Of a DNA stretch of 64,000 bases, positions 47,168 to 55,986 are shown piece by piece. The notes under the pieces were generated by a model. It was not told where the DNA came from. It did no database searches and saw only the letters and a list, made by a program, of their open reading frames with translations. Positions within the stretch are counted from its first letter, which is position 1. Each line of letters opens with the position of its first letter. The translations under genes and the position numbers were made by a program. Source of the stretch: Verrucomicrobiota bacterium (GTDB lineage: Bacteria > Verrucomicrobiota > Verrucomicrobiia > Opitutales > Coraliomargaritaceae); the NCBI GenBank assembly GCA_039815375.1, contig JBCBZJ010000014.1, positions 15,402 through 79,401 of the forward strand. Direction: 5' to 3'.

Positions 47168-49975
47168 ATGCCCAACCGTCACTTCCTCACCAAACCGGAG
47201 CCGCTCACTCGACAAGTGGCCCGGTTCTTGGGTGAGGCAGCTGGAGCAGGACGTTTAAAGATTGAAGACACGCTCCTCATCACGCCAACCGCTGGTGCGG
47301 CTCGCAGCGTTGTCCAAGCACTCGTCGCTAAAGGCTTTAAGGCCCCGAAAAGCTGCCAGCCGATGCAGGCTCTTTTAACCGAAAAGCTAACGACTGCCAG
47401 TCCCATTGAACAGAGCCTCGCATGGTCCGAAGCGCTCGAGAGCCTTTCTGAACGAGAACGAAGCGCGCTTTTTTGGAAGCGTGAACCTCGGACTCTAGCT
47501 GAACGGATAAAAGCAGGAAGCAACTTTGCGAAACTTGCCAACCTGCTTGCCGAAGCTGGACTCTCTCCATCAACCGTCCAGCTACAGAACATCCTGGAAG
47601 GCGGTTTTGATGAAGGTCGCTGGTCCGCCATCTCCAGCCTGCATCGAAATTATCTCGATAAACTCAAAGCATGGCGATTGCACGATCCCAACGAAGTTCG
47701 AATCACCGAAAGTAGGTCGCCCAGTCAGAGAATCGGCCACGTCGTGATTGCCGGCGTTCCGGATGTGCCAAGGATCGTTGAAACCTACTGCACTCAACTT
47801 GAGGCCTCCGGCTGCAGGATCGATCTTTTGATTTGGAATCCGACACAGTCAGACGAATCGAGTTATGATCTATTTGGGCGGCCCATTCCAGAGCTCTGGA
47901 ACAAGCGCACGATCGAGTTTTCCGACCGGCAACTCAATGTCGCCGCTTCAGCTCATGACGAAGCACGACTTGTCGTCGATCAGCTTCTCGACGTTTGCTC
48001 CGCAGGACTCGTCGTGGTTGACCCGAAACTTCAGTCCTTGCTCGCAGCGGAGATTCTATCAAAGCAACAAAAGCCCTACCTCCCGGAAGGCGAATCTTTG
48101 ATCCGGAGCGAAGCGGCTAAGCTCGTGCTGAGCTGGGATGAATTTCAGATCGGGCAGGACCTCCGTCATCTGCGACGCCTTACCGAACTTCCCGCATTTT
48201 GCCGTGCTTTGGATAACAAAGACCCGATCTCTCAAACCGACGCACTGACTGCAATTGATCACCTTTTAGGCGAAAGCATCGCCAGTACTCTTGAGAGCGG
48301 ATGGAGCGCATCACCCCCACTTCCTGAAGAGGCGCAGGTGCGCGATCGCACCACCCGGGCAATCGTTCGACGGTTGCTTGGTGCCGTCCGGGCCAAGCTT
48401 CATTGTTCCGGATTCGAGTTGTTAGAGTTCGCCTTTCCGGAAGACGAACGCCCCGAGTCTGTCCAACGCCTGCTCCAGCTCGGCAAAGAACTAAGTGACT
48501 CTCCAGCACTCAAAGGAAGAAAAGGTATTCCGATTCAAATTCTAATCCGAGCCATGCTATCCGAGCAAATTCAGTCTCCTGCACCGCCCGAATCGATTAC
48601 TATAAATGGTTGGCTCGAGGCACCATGGCTGGGGCAGCAGCGGCTCATGCTCTCCGGACTGATCGAAGGCCAATTGCCCCAATCCATCGACGGCGACCCG
48701 TTTCTGCCCGACTCGATTCGACCGGCACTTGGCCTTAACAGCAACGAGCAACGCCTGGCTCGCGACGCCTACCTACTCGGCAGCCTTGTTGCTTCTCGCA
48801 ATGCAGATTGTGTCCAGCTCTCTTTCAGCAAATACAACAGTGAAGGCGACCCGAACCGCCCCTCGCGTCTCCTGCTCCGCACGGAGCGCAAGCAACTCGC
48901 AACCCGCGTGAAGCAAGTCATCCAAGCAAATACTATCGAAAGACCGCAGCCCCGCCGCCAAACCGGCTGGAAATGGAAGCTGCCAGGATCGCTACCTCCC
49001 CTCGAAAAGATCAGCCCCACCCATTTTGAAGGCTATCTCGCCTGCCCTCTTCGCTTCTGCCTTGAAAAAGTTCTCAAGCTCGGGAAAGGCCCTGAGGCTT
49101 CCCGCGAAATGAACGCCGCTGTATTCGGAAGCCTGATCCACCAGGCATTGGAGAACTTCGCCCGATCTGTAATTCCGGCAAAGGAGCAAATGCTGAAAAT
49201 GAGTGAACAGGAGATCCGGCAGCAAGTTCAGCAGTTACTTGCAAGCGAAGCCCTCAAGCTACTCGGCCCGGACCCGGCCCCAGCCGTTCGTATACAGCTT
49301 GCCAATGCCGCAGCCCGTCTCAATGCATTTGCCAGGGTTCAGTCGGCCTGCTTCGCCGAAGGCTGGATAATAACTGATGCCGAGCGAAAACTCGATGCCG
49401 ATGCCGAGAACGCGTTGCAGATCGGATCACTTCGACTCTCAGGCATCATCGATCGGGTGGATCAGCACGCAGAGACCGGAGCCCTACGCATCATGGACTA
49501 CAAGACCTTCAGTTCCTTAAGTAAGCCGGCGGATAAACATCTTGGACCACTCTCTCATAACTGGCTGCCTGAGGCACAAATCAAACTCCCATCCGGTAAA
49601 ACCAAGACATGGAAGAATCTGCAACTACCACTCTACCGAAAAATTCTGGAACATTGGTATCCTGGGGAAACCGCCGGACAACCCCCGGAAACAGCCTACT
49701 TCGTCCTCCCATCAGACCCGAACGAAAGTGGCATTTACAGTTTTGACGAGCTCAACGAAGAGAGTGTCTACGAGTCCGCCCTCAATTGCGCCGAATCCGT
49801 AGCCTCGCACATTCATGATGGTGTCTTTTGGCCGCCTCAAACATTCAAAGGTAGTTGGGACGATCCACTGGCACCACTGCTCGTCAACGGACCGCTCCAG
49901 GAAAGCATTCATCCGGAAACGATCGAGCTGCTGAAAGGAGGCAGGAACCATAAACCGGAGGATATAATCGGATGA
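47168..49975 (+). CDS. AddB-like protein with C-terminal PD-(D/E)XK nuclease
   Basis: Degenerate helicase body; SPT.F..YL.CP..F, G.LIH..LE, GIIDRVD, IMDYKT, LQLPLY. Confidence 0.85.
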   Translation: MPNRHFLTKPEPLTRQVARFLGEAAGAGRLKIEDTLLITPTAGAARSVVQALVAKGFKAPKSCQPMQALLTEKLTTASPIEQSLAWSEALESLSERERSALFWKREPRTLAERIKAGSNFAKLANLLAEAGLSPSTVQLQNILEGGFDEGRWSAISSLHRNYLDKLKAWRLHDPNEVRITESRSPSQRIGHVVIAGVPDVPRIVETYCTQLEASGCRIDLLIWNPTQSDESSYDLFGRPIPELWNKRTIEFSDRQLNVAASAHDEARLVVDQLLDVCSAGLVVVDPKLQSLLAAEILSKQQKPYLPEGESLIRSEAAKLVLSWDEFQIGQDLRHLRRLTELPAFCRALDNKDPISQTDALTAIDHLLGESIASTLESGWSASPPLPEEAQVRDRTTRAIVRRLLGAVRAKLHCSGFELLEFAFPEDERPESVQRLLQLGKELSDSPALKGRKGIPIQILIRAMLSEQIQSPAPPESITINGWLEAPWLGQQRLMLSGLIEGQLPQSIDGDPFLPDSIRPALGLNSNEQRLARDAYLLGSLVASRNADCVQLSFSKYNSEGDPNRPSRLLLRTERKQLATRVKQVIQANTIERPQPRRQTGWKWKLPGSLPPLEKISPTHFEGYLACPLRFCLEKVLKLGKGPEASREMNAAVFGSLIHQALENFARSVIPAKEQMLKMSEQEIRQQVQQLLASEALKLLGPDPAPAVRIQLANAAARLNAFARVQSACFAEGWIITDAERKLDADAENALQIGSLRLSGIIDRVDQHAETGALRIMDYKTFSSLSKPADKHLGPLSHNWLPEAQIKLPSGKTKTWKNLQLPLYRKILEHWYPGETAGQPPETAYFVLPSDPNESGIYSFDELNEESVYESALNCAESVASHIHDGVFWPPQTFKGSWDDPLAPLLVNGPLQESIHPETIELLKGGRNHKPEDIIG

Positions 49976-52476
49976 GCTCGGTTGTATCATCTGGGTTCCG
50001 GCATGAGATGCTGGTCGCCAACGCTGGCAGCGGAAAGACGTACACGCTGACCACGCGCATCATCCGTCTCTTGCTGGCGGGTGTAGCGGTTGATCGAATT
50101 GCCGCACTGACTTTTACCCGGAAATCGGCGGGCGAGTTTTTGGACGAGCTGCTCGAACGCCTCGCCGATGCCGCTCTCAAACCCGAAAAACTCGAGGAGC
50201 TTGCACAAAGCACCGAGCAACCCGATCTGACGTCGGAAGACTGTGCCCGGCAACTGGAGCACATTGTCGAATACTTTGGGCGGCTGGGCTTGGGCACAAT
50301 CGACAGCTTCTTTTCCCGGATCGCGCGTCAGTTTCCTCTCGAATCCGGACTTCCCGAGGAATTCGTCATTGCGGATACTGCGAGTTTGGCAAATGCACGC
50401 GAACGCGCGCTCGCTGCCAGCTTTGCCCGGGGCACGGAAAATAACGAGGCGCTTCAAGCCATGATCGACCAGTGCCGCCAGATCAGCCGAAAGCACGGCG
50501 AGCGAAATGTCTTTGGCATCCTACTCGATCAAATCGAAGGCCTCCATCAGCGGATCCTCGAGACGCCGGAGGGCTGCACCTGGGGCAATACTTCTCGTAT
50601 TTGGAAAGATCAACCTCCCTTCGCAAATGCACCTGAGCTTAAAGAGGCCGTTGATCTTTTCGAGCAGACGGTAGGCATGGTAAACCCCGATCTCTCCGAA
50701 GAAGCGCAGACCTATCTCGAAACAAACATACAAGCCTTGCGCGCGCTCGAACCTGGACAGGCCTGGAGCAAAGACCTTCAAAAATTCGTCGAACAGAAAC
50801 TCAGCAGCCAACCCAAAAGCGGCAAACTTCAGTTCACTCGCAAGAAAGAAGGACATGTCGAACTCACACCGAAGTTGGAACAAGCCAGACGAGAGCTCCT
50901 CGAAGCGCTCTACGGTGACGTGATTCGGACCGTGCTGGAACGCTCCCGGGAACTCTATCATTTCGTCTTCCAATACGAGGCGGTCTATTCGGAACTAATC
51001 CGCGATGCCGGACTGATCAGTTTCACAGACATTACCAGTCTACTTGCCGAGCGTGCTGCCGAAGCCGACACAGAGGAAGCGCTCGACTGGCGGACACAGG
51101 TGGCTTACCGAATTGATCAAAGTTTCGACCACTGGCTCCTCGATGAGTTTCAAGATACGAGCCGCACGCAATGGGCCATTCTTCAGGCCTTCATCGAAGA
51201 AGTCGTGATGGATGATGCCAACCAGCGTTCCCTCTTCTATGTGGGGGATACAAAGCAGGCCATTTACGGCTGGCGCGGTGGCGATTCCGAACTCTTCCAT
51301 GAGATCTTCAAAAACTATCAGCCCGCTATTCATGCAGCAAAGCCCTTGAACCAGTCCTGGCGCTCGACCGAACCGGTCATCGGAATGGTCAACTTGGTTT
51401 TCGGCAATCTCGGAGCTGTTGCCGATGCGTTGCAACTCCCCGAGGCTACGCTGGAAAAATGGCAGGAAGGTTGGAGCGATCACGAAGTCGCGCCACCAAA
51501 ACGTGGTAAACCTGGTTATGCCGCTTGGCGCACAGTCGGGAAAAATGAATCCACTGAAGCCTCTGCGCAACATGAGGAAGTCCTTCGCATACTGCAGGAA
51601 GTCGATCCGATCCCCAGAGGTCTTGGTTGTGCCGTGCTCTTGCGTCAAAACAAAGATGTAGCCGAACTCGCCGCGTATCTTCAATCCGAGGGTGTCGTCG
51701 TGGCCGTCGAAGGTAAGTCCAACCCCTGCACCGACAATCTTCTCGGCAGTGCTATCCTCACCGCTTTGCGCACAGCGGCCCACCCGGCTGATACCCTCTC
51801 CGCATCGATTGCCAAGGGCCTGCCTTGCGCACAAGCTTGGGGACTCGGTGATATCGAGGACTTCCGGACCGCTACACTCCAGAGCATCGCTGAAAATGGC
51901 TTTACCGGAACTCTTAAGGACTGGATGGATCGCGCTGATCTGGACGCAGAGGCATTTCTTGCGAACCGTAGCGAAGCCTTGATGGCTGCAGCAGAAAGCT
52001 TTGACGCCAAAGGCCACGGCGAAAGCATCGACGCCTTTCTTCTATATGTGAACTCCATCGAAGTGCAGGAAGCCGAGGCGAATGAAGCCATCCGCATCAT
52101 GACGGTCCATCAAGCCAAGGGTCTCGGCTTCGATATGGTCATCGTCTGCGGTCTGGATAAGTCCAGTCGTTCCAACGCGACCGACGAGCTGGTACTCGGG
52201 CCTAATAAGAAAGAGACAGAATGGGGCATACTAATGCCGCGTAAGGATATCGCCGAAAGCGACCCGGTGCTACGAGATCAAGTTCATCGACTCGCGGCCG
52301 AAGCGCGCAGTAACGAGCTCTGCAGTGCCTACGTCGCACTGACCCGTGCCAAGCAGGCGCTCTACGTCATCAGCGATGAATTGAAAGGCAACAGCCGATC
52401 CACTCACTTCGGTCGGCACTTGGCACTGGTTCTCGATACAGACTGGTCGAATGGAAATTCAAACTGGTTCCTCTGA
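49972..52476 (+). CDS. AddA-like UvrD/SF1A helicase lacking a C-terminal nuclease domain
   Basis: ANAGSGKT, ALTFT, LDEFQDT, VGDTKQAIYGWRGG, MTVHQAKGLGF, YVALTRAK; ends about 40 aa after motif VI; ATGA overlap with the upstream gene. Confidence 0.88.
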   Translation: MSSVVSSGFRHEMLVANAGSGKTYTLTTRIIRLLLAGVAVDRIAALTFTRKSAGEFLDELLERLADAALKPEKLEELAQSTEQPDLTSEDCARQLEHIVEYFGRLGLGTIDSFFSRIARQFPLESGLPEEFVIADTASLANARERALAASFARGTENNEALQAMIDQCRQISRKHGERNVFGILLDQIEGLHQRILETPEGCTWGNTSRIWKDQPPFANAPELKEAVDLFEQTVGMVNPDLSEEAQTYLETNIQALRALEPGQAWSKDLQKFVEQKLSSQPKSGKLQFTRKKEGHVELTPKLEQARRELLEALYGDVIRTVLERSRELYHFVFQYEAVYSELIRDAGLISFTDITSLLAERAAEADTEEALDWRTQVAYRIDQSFDHWLLDEFQDTSRTQWAILQAFIEEVVMDDANQRSLFYVGDTKQAIYGWRGGDSELFHEIFKNYQPAIHAAKPLNQSWRSTEPVIGMVNLVFGNLGAVADALQLPEATLEKWQEGWSDHEVAPPKRGKPGYAAWRTVGKNESTEASAQHEEVLRILQEVDPIPRGLGCAVLLRQNKDVAELAAYLQSEGVVVAVEGKSNPCTDNLLGSAILTALRTAAHPADTLSASIAKGLPCAQAWGLGDIEDFRTATLQSIAENGFTGTLKDWMDRADLDAEAFLANRSEALMAAAESFDAKGHGESIDAFLLYVNSIEVQEAEANEAIRIMTVHQAKGLGFDMVIVCGLDKSSRSNATDELVLGPNKKETEWGILMPRKDIAESDPVLRDQVHRLAAEARSNELCSAYVALTRAKQALYVISDELKGNSRSTHFGRHLALVLDTDWSNGNSNWFL

Positions 52477-52584
52477 TTTTAAAAACACCTCGACAGGACC
52501 TCGAACCACTAAAAATCCGCCACGCTCAATCAACAGCATCAGACGATTTGGGAACTATCATGTTTTTATCAACTAGTTAGAAAT

Positions 52585-52616
52585 TAAATGTCATAACAAC
52601 CGCCTTTAAGAGTCTT
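52585..52616 (+). promoter_or_regulatory. Candidate ECF promoter (autoregulatory)
   Basis: TAAATGTCATAA-N15-GTCTT, repeated with identical spacing at 54925-54956. Confidence 0.7.
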
Positions 52617-52644
52617 TATGGACAAGACCGCTTTACCCACCAAA

Positions 52645-53169
52645 ATGGCAAGAAACAATAACCTAGATAGTTTTGAGATACTGATGCACGAACATCAGCC
52701 CATGTTACAAAGTTACCTTTTCGGAATTGTTCGAGATCGCCATCTCGCTGAAGAAATTGCACAAATCACTTTTATTAAAGCATATAAGAATTTATCTCGA
52801 CTTCAGAAAAAGTCCTCTTTTCCAGCCTGGATCAGGAAAATTGGTCGCAACACAGCCTTCGATGAGCTAAAAAAAATGAATAGGGAAGTCGTAACAGACC
52901 CGGAAATATTCCTCGGAATGGAAGACGTTTTTAGTCGCTACGACGACTCTAGGCAAGCGGACAACTGGCGGGAACGAGTTAATGAGGTAAAAAGCTGTTT
53001 TCACAAACTACCTGAAAGATTACTCAATATAGCGAAAATGCATTACCAGGATAGGCTTAAAGCGAAAGAAATCGCATCAGAACTATCTTTGAATCTAGCA
53101 ACCGTTCTAAAGCGTCTCGAACGAGCGCGAAATTCAATACGCAGCTGCCTGGGCCAACCAACAAAATAA
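52645..53169 (+). CDS. ECF RNA polymerase sigma factor
   Basis: D..LAEEIAQ.TFIKAY, FPAWI..I.RN, KEIA.EL.L...TV..RL.RAR; start placed at MARNN because ATG 52618 abuts the predicted -10. Confidence 0.9.
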   Translation: MARNNNLDSFEILMHEHQPMLQSYLFGIVRDRHLAEEIAQITFIKAYKNLSRLQKKSSFPAWIRKIGRNTAFDELKKMNREVVTDPEIFLGMEDVFSRYDDSRQADNWRERVNEVKSCFHKLPERLLNIAKMHYQDRLKAKEIASELSLNLATVLKRLERARNSIRSCLGQPTK

Positions 53170-54113
53170 TGGAAGAACCGGAAAACAGCGCTATGGAAAG
53201 CAAAAGAATCGAAGGGCAGAATATGGCCATTGATGGTATCATCATGTCCAACTTCGGAGACGTTAACTCGGATCTGATCGAAGCGACTTTGCAAGAACTG
53301 AGCATCGAGGAAACAAAAAATCGGATCATACGGTTAAGGCAGCGAAAGTTCTTTTTACTCGCCGGCGCCGCAGCCGCAGCCATCGCGCTATTGTTCTTAA
53401 GTCTCAATACTACTATCGGTCAGTATAAGAGTGAGATCGCTCGACTTGAATCAGAAAAAACCAGCTTAGCGAAAGCACATCAGACAGAGCTGTCCGGCAT
53501 CTTGTTATCCAACTCTCAGGAGCGCGCAGAACTACAGGGCGAGATCAATACTCTCAAATCCAGGTTTGAATATCTGGCTTACCTCAACTCAGAGCAAAAA
53601 GAAATCCCGATAGACTTGTTCAAAGGCATCTATGATCTGAATGAAGAGCAATTATCTTCATCCGGCAACCCGGCTTCAATCTTAAGCAACAAACTCTTTG
53701 ACCAAATTCGGACAATTGACCCGGTAGATTTAATATCCAGACCACAATCGCTTGCTTATGGAGAGTCGGTCGAAACCGACCAATCAGCTAAGATTCTTAA
53801 CATCGGCTCATTTGCGACGATACAGGCGGCCCCAAATTCCAAAATCGAAAATGTTGGATCCAGCGAACAGGAGCATCTGCTGCTGACCAAAGGTTCGGTA
53901 TTTTGCAACGTAACTTCAGGTGCGGGAGAGTTCAGCATTGAAACCAGCTTGGGAACGGTGCGTGTCACCGGCACTAAGTTCGAAGTCGCCCTCGAACTGA
54001 AGGGGGACCAGAAGGTGATGCGGATCCATGTTAAGGAAGGCTCTGTTATCTGCACCGAGAAGTCCGGCGCAGTCGTCAAGCTCGATGCCGGCATGACGCA
54101 CGTGGTGTCTTAA
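53169..54113 (+). CDS. FecR-domain anti-sigma factor (TM + coiled coil + FecR)
   Basis: TM AGAAAAAIALLF; L..GSVF..V...F.IET..G.VRVTGTKF.V...HV.EGSV; TAATG overlap with the sigma gene stop. Confidence 0.82.
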   Translation: MEEPENSAMESKRIEGQNMAIDGIIMSNFGDVNSDLIEATLQELSIEETKNRIIRLRQRKFFLLAGAAAAAIALLFLSLNTTIGQYKSEIARLESEKTSLAKAHQTELSGILLSNSQERAELQGEINTLKSRFEYLAYLNSEQKEIPIDLFKGIYDLNEEQLSSSGNPASILSNKLFDQIRTIDPVDLISRPQSLAYGESVETDQSAKILNIGSFATIQAAPNSKIENVGSSEQEHLLLTKGSVFCNVTSGAGEFSIETSLGTVRVTGTKFEVALELKGDQKVMRIHVKEGSVICTEKSGAVVKLDAGMTHVVS

Positions 54114-54177
54114 GCACCCGCAGCGGACTTTTCACAGGACGGTAGCGCACTGCGAAACCGTAAGAGGAAATTCAGTA

Positions 54178-54294
54178 AAATCTAATTATGGTTACTCTCT
54201 AAGGCAAAGTGGACGAGATCGAAATCTTCATTTTATTACGTCCGCTTCGCTGACTTCGATTTCGAGATACACGAGAAGTAAAGTAACGCTTTTA
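54178..54294 (+). repeat. Dispersed structured non-coding element, copy B
   Basis: Homologous to the reverse complement of 32539-32640; internal complementarities X-Y-spacer-X'-Y' and gttact/agtaac. Confidence 0.8.
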
Positions 54295-54313
54295 GCAATT
54301 TATGAGACACACG

Positions 54314-54787
54314 CTTAGAGCCAAGGCTACAATTCTCGAATTCTTTTCGTAGCCTCGAAACTCTGTTCGGGGATTCGTGAGCCAAACCAACGCTCCCCGA
54401 CTCCCAGAGTCGAGGCTACCGTTCCAAATTTCCGAATCCACCCTTCGTAGCCTCAGAACTCAAACTCGTAGCCTCGGAACTCAGTTCCGGGGTATCCTAC
54501 TCACGACGCGCCCCGGCCCTTAGAGCTAAGGCTACAATTCTCGTTTTTTTTCGTAGCCTCGAAACTCTGTTTCGGGGATTCGCGAGCCAAACCAACGCTC
54601 CCCGACTCCCAGAGTCGAGGCTACCGTTCCAGATTTCCGAATCCGCCCTCCATAGCCTCAGAACTCAAACTCGTAGACTCGGAACTCAGTTCCGGGGTAT
54701 CCTACTCACGACGCGCCCCGGCCCTTAAAGCTAAGGCTACAATTCTCGAATTCTTTTCGTAGCCTCGAAACTCTGTTTCGGGGATTC
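54314..54787. repeat. Tandem 205-bp repeat (about 2.3 copies) built of GTAG-type REP doublets (BIME/REPIN-like)
   Basis: Units start at 54314, 54519, 54724; contain GTAG-CCTCGGAAC-tca-GTTCCGGGG-type hairpins in alternating orientation (e.g. 54349-54372 with 54395-54419; 54468-54492 with 54511-54535). Confidence 0.85.
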
Positions 54788-54924
54788 ACACATTTATTAG
54801 ACGCTCTTTCAGACCGGCAGGGCAGTTTGAAGGAACACTGCCTCCCTGCATATGTTCGGCAATGTGCAACGACGATGACGTCTTAATATACAAAAGCCGG
54901 AGAAAATCGCGAAAACTTTAGCGC

Positions 54925-54956
54925 TAAATGTCATAATCAAAAAGCCACACCGTCTT
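54925..54956 (+). promoter_or_regulatory. Candidate ECF promoter of the downstream secreted protein
   Basis: TAAATGTCATAA-N15-GTCTT, 41 nt upstream of ATG 54998. Confidence 0.7.
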
Positions 54957-54997
54957 AATGGGCAGATAACCAGTTATTAGCACAATTCAGTTAAACA

Positions 54998-55897
54998 ATG
55001 AATATGAAATACTCCCAACTACTACTACTCAGTCTACTAATCACTCTCCTCGGCAGCACGTTACATGGATCCGAAAGAAAAACTGCGAACTACTACCTTT
55101 CGGTTCCCCAAAAACACCTCTCGCAGGAGATCGGACTAAATGTGACGCATGTCAGCCCTATACATCATGAAACTAACGATGAATACGTTACCTTTAATGC
55201 GCACACTCTTAGCGGAAACATTAGATTGATTGTTCGTCACGACGAAACATCCAGCCTGATTTCGAAAGTAGGCCTCAACCCGAAATCATACTTCAATGGG
55301 ACCATCAACAAGCGCAGGTCAAAATCAGTTCGAGGCACATTCGTAAAGCTTGGCAACCACTACATGGTCGTGATCGGCGGTGCATTGGAAGATTTGGCGA
55401 ACGAAAATCCGGAAGCGTTCCAAATTCAGAGTTCCACGACGCACATCTTCGATGTAGCCAACGTCGGACAACCTGATGCAGCTGAAACCCGTGAGGATTT
55501 AATCTCATTCTTTAACATGCTCAACAATGAACGCAGCGGGCGCTATACCGGCGAAGGTAAAATTAAACTGACAAGAGATGAATTTGTAACCCGCCTCAAG
55601 AAAGGCGAAACATTCCGCGTCACTACCAAAAACAAGAACATGAAGTTCTTCAAAAAATACCAAGAACCCGAAGAGGAGAAAGAGGAAGAAGAAGGTGCGC
55701 TGGCCCTTGCCACAGGAATGTTCAAAGAGTTTTCCTCAACTGGATCGATGCCGCAGCTTAGTAAACTTGTGGCAGCAATCGATCCGGGTAATGACAGCGG
55801 AGATGAGGATGATGATGAGTCCGACGAAGATGAGGATGAAAAAGAATCCGATAACGACGACCCTTACATCGTCGAGTTGGTCTACGGCGGCTCCTAA
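54998..55897 (+). CDS. Secreted hypothetical protein with acidic C-terminal tracts (paralog of 26414-26923)
   Basis: MKYSQLLLLSLLITLLGSTLHG signal peptide; N-terminal domain aligns by eye with the 26414-26923 protein; D/E-rich tail. Confidence 0.75.
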   Translation: MNMKYSQLLLLSLLITLLGSTLHGSERKTANYYLSVPQKHLSQEIGLNVTHVSPIHHETNDEYVTFNAHTLSGNIRLIVRHDETSSLISKVGLNPKSYFNGTINKRRSKSVRGTFVKLGNHYMVVIGGALEDLANENPEAFQIQSSTTHIFDVANVGQPDAAETREDLISFFNMLNNERSGRYTGEGKIKLTRDEFVTRLKKGETFRVTTKNKNMKFFKKYQEPEEEKEEEEGALALATGMFKEFSSTGSMPQLSKLVAAIDPGNDSGDEDDDESDEDEDEKESDNDDPYIVELVYGGS

Positions 55898-55946
55898 GGT
55901 TTCATCTACCTGAGAGCTTCGCATCCGAGTGAATCGGATGCTTAAC

Positions 55947-55979
55947 AACCCGGAGGTGGTGCAACTGCCTCCGGGTTTT
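55947..55979. terminator. Terminator between convergent genes
   Basis: aacccggaggtggt-gca-actgcctccgggtttt; a second hairpin gcatccga-N5-tcggatgc lies at 55921-55941. Confidence 0.7.
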
Positions 55980-55986
55980 GTATGAT

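Noticed and set aside
54170..54197. dif-like Xer site (TTATGGTTACT arm)
   Set aside because: Only weak XerD-arm similarity, no convincing XerC arm, and it is part of the twice-repeated element.
54197..54260. c-di-GMP-I riboswitch (AGGCAAA...GAGA/GAAA resemblance, also at 32590-32617)
   Set aside because: No short P2 hairpin closing a GNRA loop and no GACGCAAAG junction.
54297..54314. IS terminal inverted repeat (AATTTATGAGACACACGC)
   Set aside because: No matching second end or transposase in the window; mentioned only as a hint in the repeat findings.
54314..54787. Possible CRISPR array
   Set aside because: The intervening sequences are themselves repeated (205-bp period), the repeats alternate in orientation, and no cas genes are present; this fits REP/BIME instead.
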